Assembly (NCBI RefSeq): GCF_006345805.1
Contig: NC_043001.1
Location: 87,792,001-87,856,000, forward strand
Direction: 5' to 3'
Origin: Octopus sinensis
Lineage: Eukaryota
Length of the DNA stretch: 64,000 nt
Positions 24,331-35,732 of this stretch are shown in pieces (position 1 is the first letter of the stretch; each line of letters begins with the position of its first letter). The position numbers were made by a program, and so were the translations under genes. The notes under the pieces are model-generated. The model saw only the letters and a list, made by a program, of their open reading frames with translations, did no database searches and had not been told where the DNA came from.

Positions 24331-25123
24331 GGTTTTCTTTCAGTGGTTGACCGTTACTTTAAGTGGGTAAGGCACACAACCTGAAAACCATACACTGCCC
24401 GAACCTGTTCCCTATTCTCTAAGCAAAACTGCAAAATCGGTCCTTTAGTCCATTCAATCCAGGGCATTGTTGGGGTGAAGAACAGATCTGGAAGGCTTTA
24501 GAGAGCTCCTGAGAGAGCAAAAAAAAGAAAAGGCAGTTAAGAGGAAAATTACTAAATATGAATGTGTAACTGGAAGTGAGGCTGTAAATTCTACGGATAT
24601 GCTGCCACATTGTGTAAGAACAGTATTGAAAATCCTAGGATATGAACGTAGAGTTTCAAGAAATAAACTAATGATTTTAAAAGACCAAATAAGACAAATT
24701 GCTTCAACTGGGCTGTATGAAAGAAAACAAATGTTACTTATCTATAATATGGTCTGATAACAGCAACTCCTGTCAGATTTTGCAATTCTATGTAGATATA
24801 TTTTGTGGTTCGTCTTTCGGTGGTGGAATCGATCAGATATAATTATGATTTTTAACATAACCACAAAACTGTAACTTTATGATGAAGAAATAGTTGATTA
24901 AAATCTATTCAATTAATGCTTATTTTACCAATCTCAAGATGTTTGAACACAGAACGGAAATATAGGTATCCGAAAACAGTTAGTCCTTTTTTTTTATTGC
25001 TTCACTGATTGTGACATTAGCAGTTGTTATGTATTTAACTTAATATTCATATTTAATAGTAACAGTAAAATGATAGCGATGATACTACTACAGTACGATG
25101 CTGAAATGATTCAAATTCACTGG

Positions 25124-25145
25124 TGACGTCATAGTTGAAAGTAAA
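25124..25145. promoter_or_regulatory. Full CRE plus conserved AGTTGAAAGTAAA, copy C
   Basis: TGACGTCA at 25124-25131, 82 bp upstream of ATG 25206. Confidence 0.6.
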
Positions 25146-25205
25146 TCATTATTAAACTATTTAGTTTCAGTTCTCTGCATTGAGAATCAATTTGAGGTGA
25201 TCAGA

Positions 25206-28200
25206 ATGAATACCATAGAGAAAGACAGTATTTCGAGTTATGAACACCTCTACTCCCAAACTGAAGAAACGGCTGACCATTCACAATACCCAGATGATCT
25301 AAATGAGGAATTATGCATAACTACAGGACTGAATAAATGCGAAGCTATTATAGAAGATACTATTGGACATGTTGATTCTCTAGACAACGTTGGTGAAAAT
25401 TCTAATGCGAATGATAATGACGATATGATGAAAAGGATTGAAATAGATGTTAGGGTAAGTCAAAACAATGACCAGTTAAACGATTATGGTGAAAATTGCT
25501 CAGCAAAACATAACTATTCTAAAGACGTGAAAACTGAGCGATGTGTATGGGAAGTAGCAGACGATAAAAACGTGTATGTAAACAACAGATTGGAATGTGA
25601 GACACTGAATGGAGGAAAGGATGTCAGCCCTGACAAACATCCATTTAAATTGAACAAGGGAAGCGCAGAATTAGATAAGTTTTTACCAGAGGAAGACAAA
25701 GAAAATTTTGCAACGAACAAAGAATGCATAATCAAAGGAGGAAAAATATATTTGATATCAAGAATAAACTCACATGGCATTAATACAGCCACGGAAATGA
25801 TTCAAAATAGTATAACAAATTTAACTTACACGTTGTTTTATATTTCTAAATATTCAAGGAAGAAAAAATCGGAAAATAATGATGAAATTTCGTCAATTAG
25901 AAAACCATTCGAGGAATGCCAAAATTTCGCAACACAAGAACCTAACCTCAGTATACAAAAATCATACCCTCTCTGTATTTCGTCACGTCGATACAGAACT
26001 TCGTTTGCGGATATGTCATATAGCAACACATCGGTAAGAAAATCAATCAACTCATCTAGAAAAAATTCTAAAAGCAAAATTTCAGCGCTTTTGAGATGTC
26101 GGACATTTTCATATTCACGTAATAATAATAATTCAGCAGAACCACATTCGAGGCCACCCAGTCCAATATCACGGCGATTTCGTCGGTTACGAGATTCACT
26201 GGAACTTGCTGCTAGATCACGTGAGATACCAATTGCACATTTACCTCGCTCTTCTACACATGTACCATATAGTCGGTTACGAGATTCACTGGAACTTGCT
26301 GCTAGATCACGTGGGATACCAGTTGCACTTTTACCTTCTTCTACTACACATGTACCATATAGTCGGTTACGAGATTCACTAGAACTTGCTAGATCGCGTG
26401 GGGTACCAACTGAACTTTCACCTCATTCTACAGCACATATACCATATAGTCGGTTACGAGATTCACTGGAACTTGCTGCTAGATCACGTGGGATACCGGT
26501 TGCACTTTTACCTCCTTCTACAACACATGTACCATATAGTCGGTTACGAGATTCACTAGAACTTGCTAGATCACGTGGGGTACCAACTGGACTTTCAACT
26601 CATTCTACAGCACATATACCATATGGTCGGTTACGAGATTCACTGGAACTTGCTGCTAGATCACGTGGGATACCGGTTGCACTTTTACCTCCTTCTACAA
26701 CACATGTACCATATAGTCGGTTACGAGATTCACTAGAACTTGCTAGATCACGTGGGGTACCAACTGGACTTTCAACTCATTCTACAGCACATATACCATA
26801 TGGTCGGTTACGAGATTCACTGGAACTTGCTAGATCAAGTCAACTACGTGAGCCACGATATGCACCAGAATATCAAGTCATTGAAAACTCACCACACTCA
26901 TATCGAGGTTCACTGGAACCTGTCAATATAGATATATCAAATAGATCATTATATGCATCACCACGTTCTTCCATGTCTCCGTATAGGTCACAACATTCAC
27001 TGTCACGCTCGAGCATATCAATGCCATCGCTTCGTTGTCGTTGTAGATCGATCTCTGAACAAAGCATGCCGTCACAATATTGGTTACCAAGGCCACTTCG
27101 TAGAAGTTCAGTGCCAGCAGGCCTTTTGTGGCCTGCTACAAGCTCACCGGAACAATATAGGGTACGTGACTTACAAACAACAGATATAGTTGTTCCTCAA
27201 GAATTTGAAAAACAAGTATCTCCTTTCGTAACATGGGATCCTGATACGTCGAGATGGAGTCGTGATTTTGAAGACAGTTTGGCAGAATTTTGGGATAAAT
27301 CAAAGCGTATCGATGTTGTGGGTCGTGGTACCTCTACAAGACCAGCATCCATATTACGAGAGAAATCAAGAGGGGCCGACAGAGTTCACTGGCGTAGTTC
27401 TTTGGCGCCAGAAGCATCATTTCGTTTTCGTCGCCTTTCGAGCCCTAGACAAAGCACACCGTCTCCACATAGGTCTCCACGATTACGTAGCAGCAGTCCA
27501 TTGGCGCCAAGAACATCATTTCGTCTTCGTCGTAGTTCGAGCCCTAGACAAAGCACACCGTCTCCACATAGGTCTCCACGATTACGTAGCAGCAGTCCAT
27601 TGGCGCCAAGAACATCATTTCGTCTTCGTCGTAGTTCGAGCCCTAGACGAAGCACACCGTCTCCATATAGGTCGCCAAGATTACGTAGCAGCAGTCCATT
27701 GGCGCCAAGAACATCATTTCGTCTTCGTCGTAGTTCGAGCCCTAGACGAAGCACACCGTCTCCATATAGGTCGCCAAGATTACGTAGCAGCAGTCCATTG
27801 GCGCCAAGAACATCATTTCGTCTTCGTCATAGTTCGAGCTCTATACGAAGGGCACCATCACAGTATCGGTTACCAAGTACACGTCGTAGCAGTTCAATGC
27901 CAGCATGCCATTTGTGGCATACTACAAGCTCACCGGATAAATATAGGGTACGTGACTTACAAACATCAGATGTAGTTGTTCCTCAAGAACTTGAACAATT
28001 ATCTCCTATCAGAGCACCGTCACAGGACCCTTTGTGGTCTAACGCAAGCACACCCGAGCATTATAGGGTACGTGACTTTCAAACAACAAATATAATTGTT
28101 GATCCTCAAGAATTTGAAAAACAAGTAGGTCCTTTCGTAACATGGGACCCTGACACTTCGAGATTGAGTCGTGATTTTGAAGACAGTTTGGAAGAATTTT

Positions 28201-29651
28201 GGGAAAATTCTTACAGAGAAGATTCTAGGCATAAATCACCATTAGTGAAATATTCCAGCAGCAATTCATTGGGGCCAGAAACATCGTTCGATCTAAGTTA
28301 CATTTTGAGCCCTGGGCGAAGCACATCGTCATCATCCAGGTCACGAACTTTAGATAGCAGCAGTCCATTGGGGCCAGAAACATCATTTCGTCTTCGTCGT
28401 AGTTCGAGCTCTGGACGAAGCATACCGTCACAATATCAGTTGCCAAGTCCACGTCGCAGCAGTTCGAACTCCGGACGAAGGATACCATCGCAGTATCGGT
28501 TATCAAGGCCACTTCGCAGCAGTTCAGTGCCAGCGGGCCCTTTGTGGTCTGACGCAAGCACGCCCGAGCAATATAGGGTACGTGACTTTCAAACAACAAA
28601 TATAAGAATTGATCCTCAAGAATTTGAACAAGTATCTCCTTTCGTAACATGGGACCCTGACACGTCGAGATGGAGTCGTGATTTTGAAGACAGTTTGGCA
28701 GAATTATGGAATAAACCAATGCGTATCAATGTTGTGGGTCGTGGTACCTCTACAAAATCAGCAGCCATATTACCAGAGAAATCAAAAGGTGCCGACGGAG
28801 TAAGTCGTGGTACTTATACAAGGCCAGCGTCCATATTACGTGAGGAATCAATAGTTACTGATGGAGCACGTCGTGGTACTTATACGGTGCCAACGTCCAT
28901 GTTACATCGTGGTACCTATACGAAACCAGCGTCCATATTGAGGGATGAATCAAACCGTAGTAGTTCTAGCTATGATAGTAGTGCTTCGGCGGAATATAAG
29001 TCACGTAAGTTACGTGGCTTTCAAACAACAAATATAATAATTGATCCTCAAGAATTTGAAAAACAGGTATCTCCTTTCGTAACATGGGACCCTGACACTT
29101 CGAGATGGAGTCGTGATTTTGGAGATAGTTTGGAAGAATTTTGGGCAAATCCTTACAGAAAAGATTCTAGACATAAATCACCATTAGTGAAATATTCCAG
29201 CAGCAGTTCATTGGGGCCAGAAACATCGTTTGATCTTCGTCGCATTTCGAGCCCTTGGCGAAGCGCATCGTCATCATCCAGGTCACGAACTTTGGATAGC
29301 AGTTCATTGGGGCCAGACACATCGTTCGATCTTCGTCGCATTCCAAGCCCTTGGCGAAACATATTGTCATCATCCAGGTCACGAACATTAGATAGTAGCA
29401 CTTTATCGGAGCCAGAAACATCGTTCGATCTTCGTCGCATTTCGAGCCCTGGGCAAAGCACATTGTCATCATCCAGGTCACGAACTTTAGGGGAAGATAC
29501 TGAGAGCTCAGGTTCAGAGAGTTATTCTTCAAGTGCGTCATGTAGTTCATGTTATACCGATGAGCCAGATTCTATGTTAGCAGACGAAATACACTTTCAA
29601 TCCTTAAACAGGGCTTGGCATCGTCCAAACTTGAGGAGATTCTTGAATTAG
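25206..29651 (+). CDS. Repeat-protein family member C (~1481 aa; acidic N-terminus, Arg/Ser/Pro-rich tandem repeats), function unknown
   Basis: Uninterrupted single-exon ORF whose ATG aligns with copy D's ATG. The N-terminal ~220 aa align with D through in-frame indels (EVADD, GGKI, FYI.K..RK). It contains 90/87-bp and 99-bp coding arrays. Confidence 0.85.
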   Translation: MNTIEKDSISSYEHLYSQTEETADHSQYPDDLNEELCITTGLNKCEAIIEDTIGHVDSLDNVGENSNANDNDDMMKRIEIDVRVSQNNDQLNDYGENCSAKHNYSKDVKTERCVWEVADDKNVYVNNRLECETLNGGKDVSPDKHPFKLNKGSAELDKFLPEEDKENFATNKECIIKGGKIYLISRINSHGINTATEMIQNSITNLTYTLFYISKYSRKKKSENNDEISSIRKPFEECQNFATQEPNLSIQKSYPLCISSRRYRTSFADMSYSNTSVRKSINSSRKNSKSKISALLRCRTFSYSRNNNNSAEPHSRPPSPISRRFRRLRDSLELAARSREIPIAHLPRSSTHVPYSRLRDSLELAARSRGIPVALLPSSTTHVPYSRLRDSLELARSRGVPTELSPHSTAHIPYSRLRDSLELAARSRGIPVALLPPSTTHVPYSRLRDSLELARSRGVPTGLSTHSTAHIPYGRLRDSLELAARSRGIPVALLPPSTTHVPYSRLRDSLELARSRGVPTGLSTHSTAHIPYGRLRDSLELARSSQLREPRYAPEYQVIENSPHSYRGSLEPVNIDISNRSLYASPRSSMSPYRSQHSLSRSSISMPSLRCRCRSISEQSMPSQYWLPRPLRRSSVPAGLLWPATSSPEQYRVRDLQTTDIVVPQEFEKQVSPFVTWDPDTSRWSRDFEDSLAEFWDKSKRIDVVGRGTSTRPASILREKSRGADRVHWRSSLAPEASFRFRRLSSPRQSTPSPHRSPRLRSSSPLAPRTSFRLRRSSSPRQSTPSPHRSPRLRSSSPLAPRTSFRLRRSSSPRRSTPSPYRSPRLRSSSPLAPRTSFRLRRSSSPRRSTPSPYRSPRLRSSSPLAPRTSFRLRHSSSSIRRAPSQYRLPSTRRSSSMPACHLWHTTSSPDKYRVRDLQTSDVVVPQELEQLSPIRAPSQDPLWSNASTPEHYRVRDFQTTNIIVDPQEFEKQVGPFVTWDPDTSRLSRDFEDSLEEFWENSYREDSRHKSPLVKYSSSNSLGPETSFDLSYILSPGRSTSSSSRSRTLDSSSPLGPETSFRLRRSSSSGRSIPSQYQLPSPRRSSSNSGRRIPSQYRLSRPLRSSSVPAGPLWSDASTPEQYRVRDFQTTNIRIDPQEFEQVSPFVTWDPDTSRWSRDFEDSLAELWNKPMRINVVGRGTSTKSAAILPEKSKGADGVSRGTYTRPASILREESIVTDGARRGTYTVPTSMLHRGTYTKPASILRDESNRSSSSYDSSASAEYKSRKLRGFQTTNIIIDPQEFEKQVSPFVTWDPDTSRWSRDFGDSLEEFWANPYRKDSRHKSPLVKYSSSSSLGPETSFDLRRISSPWRSASSSSRSRTLDSSSLGPDTSFDLRRIPSPWRNILSSSRSRTLDSSTLSEPETSFDLRRISSPGQSTLSSSRSRTLGEDTESSGSESYSSSASCSSCYTDEPDSMLADEIHFQSLNRAWHRPNLRRFLN

Positions 29652-29710
29652 ACCTCAAATGCCAAACGTTGAATAAATGTCTATTTGAATTCGACGAAAA
29701 ATTTTAAGAA

Positions 29711-29738
29711 AATAAAACTGGAAAAAGTTATATTGTAT
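29711..29738 (+). terminator. Candidate polyadenylation signal and conserved 3' element, copy C
   Basis: AATAAA at 29711-29716 and TATATTGTAT at 29729-29738. Confidence 0.5.
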
Positions 29739-31273
29739 TTTAATACGAGAAAAATCAAATGCTTCTGAAATTTTCTGCATATCATAATAACCATAATTTA
29801 GTTGGTAGGTTGAATTCTCCAGTCACGCATTGCAGCATTTAGAAAAAGAGGAGGAGAGAATAAAAAAATGAGAGAGAGAAGAGAAAAGGAGATTGAGAGA
29901 GAGAAAGAGAGAATGTGTGTGTGTGTTTGTGTTAACATAGGAGGTGCGGGATGCGTCCATTTACTAGGCTTAGTAGTTACAGTCAATGAGTAAAGGAACA
30001 CTATACACACATATGGGGAGAGGGGTAGAGGGAGAGGTGTGTGAAATGTATAATTTTTTTTAACCAAGTTTTTTTCTCCGTTACTTAGCCCGTCTGTAAC
30101 GTTTTCACGTGATTAGTTGAAGAGAACGGCGAAGAGAGAAGGAACAAGGAGAGAGAACAAGTAAGTATGACGTCGAGTGAGAGAGAAAGCGGGAGAGTGC
30201 TGTGTATTAAGTCTATAAAATTGTTATAAAGTATATACAGTGTATATATAACGTGCATTAAGTAATCATTGTATTCCAGTTTCCTTCATTTTTTAATAAT
30301 TAGCAGATGAGCGACTATTTTTTAGTACAGACACAGCACAGACTACACTTTCAGGCTTTGGGATAACGTTTTCAGAAATAACCCAATAAGTTTACCATTA
30401 ATTCCATAAAATATTCACGGATCTCGCTAGTTATTATTGTATACATGACATATTTCTTGATGTTACCGTTTGTAGCAAAAGTATATTACCAAAGTTACCT
30501 GTTATATGACAAGTATCAAGCCTGTTTGAAATATTAATTGGCTGAACACATTGGCTCTGCAATCGAAATTTTACAGTGATTAAAAGGATAATTTTGTTAC
30601 CAATGCTCCTGGAGGAATCAATCTGCTAAATGTTGGTCTAGGTAATATTGCGACAAAGTAGCGAGTTGTCAGAATCGTTACCGCACTGGGCAAAATGTTT
30701 AATGGCATTTCGTCTGTCTTTCTTTAATCCTTTCGGGCAGAGAAAATTAGTACAAATCGAGCACTGAGGTCGATGTAGACGACTTACCTACTCTGCCGAA
30801 ATTGCTGGCCTCGTGCTAAATTTTGAAACCATTTATTGTTACAGTTCGCTACATTTTTAGTGTGTGCTTTAACTTCAAAACCTTGGTACAGTATTCACAG
30901 TAGCTCAATAACTATGGATGAAATGAAGAGAATGGTGTTTGACAGAAAGTAAAATAAAAGTAAATGTACCACCAGACAATATTCTTACTCACAATTAACT
31001 GTCATCTCTATATTTTAAAGTTTATATTAGACCGTAACTTAAACTCAATTCTACAGCGAAGACAAACTTGTAGTCTGACGTTCTAGGAACGACCAAACGG
31101 GGTAATAGTTAGTGGGGAGTGTGGGGTGGTGGATACAATGTGGATGACAAGAGACGGTGAGACGGGTGAGTCACTATTAGGAGATGAGAGAGAAGAGATT
31201 ACACATGAAGATCAGGTGCATAATATGTTGCTAGGCGACTTCGTGCCAATTAGTTGAGATGGTATCTATTCAG

Positions 31274-31504
31274 GGCGGCGAGCTGGCAGAATCGTTAGCA
31301 CGCCGGGCGAAATGCATAGCCGAATTTCGTCTGCCGTTACGTTCTGAGTTCAAATTCCGCCGAGGTCGACTTTGCCTTTCATCCTTTCGGGGTCGATAAA
31401 TTAAGTACCAGTTACGCACTGGGGTCGATATAATCGACTTAATCCGTTTGTCTGTCCTTGTTTGTCCCCTCTGTGTTTAACCCCTCGTGGGTAGTAAAGA
31501 AATA
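31274..31504 (+). mobile_element. Full-length tRNA-derived SINE with 13-bp TSD
   Basis: ggcggcgagctggcagaatcgttagcacgccggg...gtagtaaagaaata, flanked by ggtatctattcag at 31261-31273 and 31505-31517. Confidence 0.9.
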
Positions 31505-32999
31505 GGTATCTATTCAGATTCGGCTGAGAATGTCTGTGTATAGCAACAGAATTTATAGCTCTCATCTTATCTCGACAGCTGACGGGATCGAAGTGTTCTT
31601 CGGCTCTGAATTGGAAGGACATTTATCATGCAGTATTTGGTATGTTAAGTTATGCATTTACCGGGAGGGTTCCTCAGTGAGAGTGAAACTCAGCATTTCT
31701 CGCGATTTAGGAGTATTCTAGTATCATGTTGTTTGTGTGTTTAAAAAGGGTTGCCATGATGTTTTCACGATATATTTAATAGTTGCGTCTTTGTACTGAG
31801 AAAGGTGACAAGATTAGCGTGGCCACATTGAAAATTGCCTCCAAGGTTCCTGTTTATTGTGTCAAAGCATGTTTGTCGCAAGGGGTCTTGGTTGCTTGGG
31901 CGCAAAAGATTAGTAAGTAATAAAAGCTGGTAAGATCTACACAGGAATAGGTGTTCTTCGAGGTGATGACAAAAAGGTCATTGGTATATAAGAGGAAAAT
32001 TTTGTGGGACCAAACCGTATGATGGAGCACACCTTACTTAATTGCGCCCTAGTCAGAATAAGCGTGTCAACACTCGTTCCGATGACTTGATCTTACCTGA
32101 AGCCATTGATTCAAGATATGGATTGTACCCGTAAGAGGGAATTATGGCCCGGAGATTTGCATACCAGACACGGTCGACAGCTTTACAGATGATGTAGATC
32201 TGCCTCAACAAATGTCATATTGGTAGTTATTGTGGGCTCGATCAGGAGTAGCGATATTCCCATAGAATGAAAGAGAAAGAGAGAAAATATGTATGCATGT
32301 ATGTTTGCATGTATGTATGTATGTATGTATGTATGTATGTATGTATGTATGTATGTATGTATGTATGTATGTATGTATGTATAATTTTAAATTCTTTCTC
32401 TATGTCTGCGGTGGCCGAACTTGAATTTCACGCAAAATCTCTAACATAAATTCGAAGCTAAACACTATTCTTATTCTGTACTCATTTTAACCTAAGCTCT
32501 GCAGTAAACTCGTTTGAACCTTGAACCCTGTTCTGTTACTACTAAAATGGACTATCTTCTCTAAAATAATCAGTTGTAAGGTCTGTCCGGGAATGTCGTA
32601 GAAATGGCTAACTTTTCGTGACTAAACCATGAAAAAGAATACTGCTTGATAGATACAACGTAAATGAATATCCTGCCAGAATAATATGGACAGGCTGTAT
32701 GTAGTTAGCAGAGGAACCTGATGTATTAAAGAGTAAAATCAAACGAAATCCATATATGATATCCTTTCATACCAGCCAGTATTAGACGATGGACAAGAAC
32801 GATACTAGTAAATGCCATGAGTAGAGAGGTTACACACCGTTGTAAATTATTCTGGCAACATGGAAGTCATCGTTTGCCATATATTTCGAGCAGCACAAAT
32901 ATATTTCGACATTATCACTCTCACCAACAGTTCCAGATAGTATTGATATTACCAGAAAATACCCTGCTTCTTTTGTCCTTCAACTTACTTTTCTCTTTC

Positions 33000-33480
33000 T
33001 ACATTTTCCTGTCATTTTTAATGTCTCTACATGAAACGAAGGACGATTGCAATTACTTCAACTAACTCAGTGATTATTCGTTGAATGACTCGTCAAGTAT
33101 CTGAGGATCGTTGTCAGTGTTGGTGTTTTTCCCACATGCATTTGCCATTTCCAAATGATTCATTCTCTGCTTATTCTACAGTCTACCAGTCACTACCTCG
33201 CCATTCTTCCTAAGCTCAATGTCAGTCAGCGATCTAACTACAAGCACACCATATCCCACTTGAGGCAATTTTCTTTCAGGTCACTTTCCCAAAGCACCGT
33301 CAACTCAACAACATGAAAGTTAATTTTCCGCAAACAAAATGAATATAAAGGTAGATAAAACTGATCTGTTAGTTGGCTGTAAGGAAAAATAAGGGCTAGA
33401 ACATTTTGAACATAGTCCTTCATCGAAGGATCTTTTAATCTCCGACAGAGAGTCATGTCCAAAATATCAGACATCTAACA
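33000..33480 (-). mobile_element. Possible RLE-type (HERO/NeSL-like) non-LTR retrotransposon C-terminal remnant
   Basis: Minus ORF ...IFPYSQLTDQFYLPLYSFCLRKINFHVVELTVLWE... loosely resembles the FP..I..T..RPD(I)VLxS...VELTVPWE endonuclease signature. Weak. Confidence 0.35.
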
Positions 33481-33598
33481 CTCATGACACGCTAACTTTT
33501 TCCACTACGTGAAGTGATTGCCTTTACTACTTGTTGATAAAGATTATCGCTAGTTTTGTCGAATTTTGCGGCTTCACTTGAATAAAGGCGATATATGT

Positions 33599-33667
<69 letters not shown>

Positions 33668-35318
33668 CTATTATATAAGCGTGCATGATATCATCCGTAT
33701 TGTACCTGTAGTTCCGACTTTCATTGGTCCTGCAAATTGACATTAGCAATGACTCTCTCTGCTCCTTGTAGACATAAAATGGTTTAAAAAGCGATATTTT
33801 TATATCAACCAAAAATTACAATTTTTTTCATTTATTATAAGATAGCTTGCGACGTAACTATACTTAAACATACTCGTCTTTTGCTAAATATGCTTTGAAC
33901 GAGAAACGTGTTTCCTTTGTAAAGACGTTTAAAACGAATGACGCAAGTAGCTTGTACTTTTTTGCATATGTTCGTTGACCTGTGCAAGAATATTTGTAGG
34001 CATATATGCATACATACTTGCATATTTACTTACACACATGAGGTCAGGCAACAAAAGCTACGTTATGCAGTTAAATATTTTTTAAAGAATCCTCATCAAT
34101 AATGAGAGTGTCACTACTCCAATCATTGTCACTCGCACACTGTATTATTTAGAGAATGAAAAAAAAGGTCATTGACCATGTTGTCTAACTGAGAGAAATA
34201 TGGCAGTTTTTGGCAGTAATCCTGATACCAAGCACCTTTCCTCACTCTACACATCACCAAGATTACGACTTCTTCAAACTCATGGGCTTCGGGAAAACTT
34301 GTAACGATCAAGCATACCGAGACCCTGTTTAGTAGTAATTGGTTGCAGATATACGTTTTAAGGAATGGTACTTGTCCTTTGTACAATGAGCAAAACAGAA
34401 ACTGTTTCAAACTAATTATAAAACCAAATGGCGAAGTATTAATAAACCATCGACGTTTTGCAGATATGTACCTAACCTATTCGAACTTTCAGGGATAGCT
34501 TCCACTCAGAGTAATTCCTAGAGAAATCAGCTACTCTGTTCTGTATGGGGCTTCGGTTCCTATCCAAGCTCCATGTAATTTAACTGGACCTTAATCAAGC
34601 TAGAAAAGCAGGCCAACACAAACTTTTTTTTCCAGATACTAAGTTAAAAGCTCTCCCATACGACTTGGTTAATGAATTATTCTCTTATCATTTCGTAATC
34701 CTCCAGCGTAGCACGAAATATAAACTTACTTGCGATTCTTGAATTATTTGCTAGGAACCATGTACTGGTAGTTATCAATATTGTATTGTTCTGACACCCC
34801 CATAACTTCAAAGTTTATCTAGAGACAGTCTTGACTGATATCTGTTCATGCTGTCGTTCACCAATTTCCCAGCATCAGTCGTGAAGACAAATTTTTCACC
34901 GTTGCTCCAACTGCCATTGTAGATTCTATAAAGGGCAAAACTTTGCAAAAATATTCATAAGATGCTAAAATGATAGATACTTCAAGAAACAGGTTTCAGC
35001 GACTGCTATGTATCCCAAAGTTCGGCACTAAATAACATAATATAGTAGGGTGTGATTTGAGATTCAATTGTTATTTGTAGCGCGAAGTCTCCCCCATTGG
35101 CTTGTCTTTCAGTGGTAAAATCGAGTAGAGATTTTTCACATAGCTACTACAAAAGTGCAACTTTATAAAGAACGAGTTGATTAAAATCTTCTTCGGTATT
35201 TGAATGCTGCTTATTTTACCAGCCCCAGAAGAATTAGAACCCAGAACGGAAATATATGTAACTAAAAACTGCTAAGCATTTTGTTTATTGTTTCACTGAT
35301 TGTGCTATTAAGCGCTAT

Positions 35319-35560
35319 TGACCCATGACCTGGTGGTTAAAGTGTTGCACTCACAATTTCGAGATCGTGGTTTCAGTTCCTCGACTGGGTGGTGCGTTGT
35401 GTTCTTGAGCAAAACATATAATCTCACGTCGCTCTGCAATTACTTCGCCACCTGATGTGTGGTATACTGTATACCTGTTCAGGCAATATTGATTTGATGG
35501 AGAGAATGAGCTGATGAACCGCACATACAATTGATCACTATAAACAAATCATACGTCATC
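35319..35560 (+). mobile_element. Diverged tRNA-derived SINE inserted ~100 bp upstream of copy D CRE
   Basis: ggtggttaaagtgttgcactcacaat...gcgttgtgttcttgagcaaaac; absent at the paralogous positions of copies B and C. Confidence 0.7.
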
Positions 35561-35589
35561 TTCGACGGAGGAGTCCATTATACGTATAA

Positions 35590-35620
<31 letters not shown>

Positions 35621-35653
35621 GCATGATGCCGAAATGATTGTCGCATTTATTGA

Positions 35654-35675
35654 TGACGTCACAGTTGAAAGTAAA
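35654..35675. promoter_or_regulatory. Full CRE plus conserved AGTTGAAAGTAAA, copy D
   Basis: TGACGTCA at 35654-35661, 79 bp upstream of ATG 35733. Confidence 0.6.
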
Positions 35676-35732
35676 ACAATAAATCATTTAGTATAATTTC
35701 TGTCCATTGAGAATCAATGTGAGGTGACCAGC

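Noticed and set aside
31520-32950. Unassigned moderately complex sequence
   Set aside because: No convincing ORF, motif or internal repeat could be read; possibly old retroelement debris.
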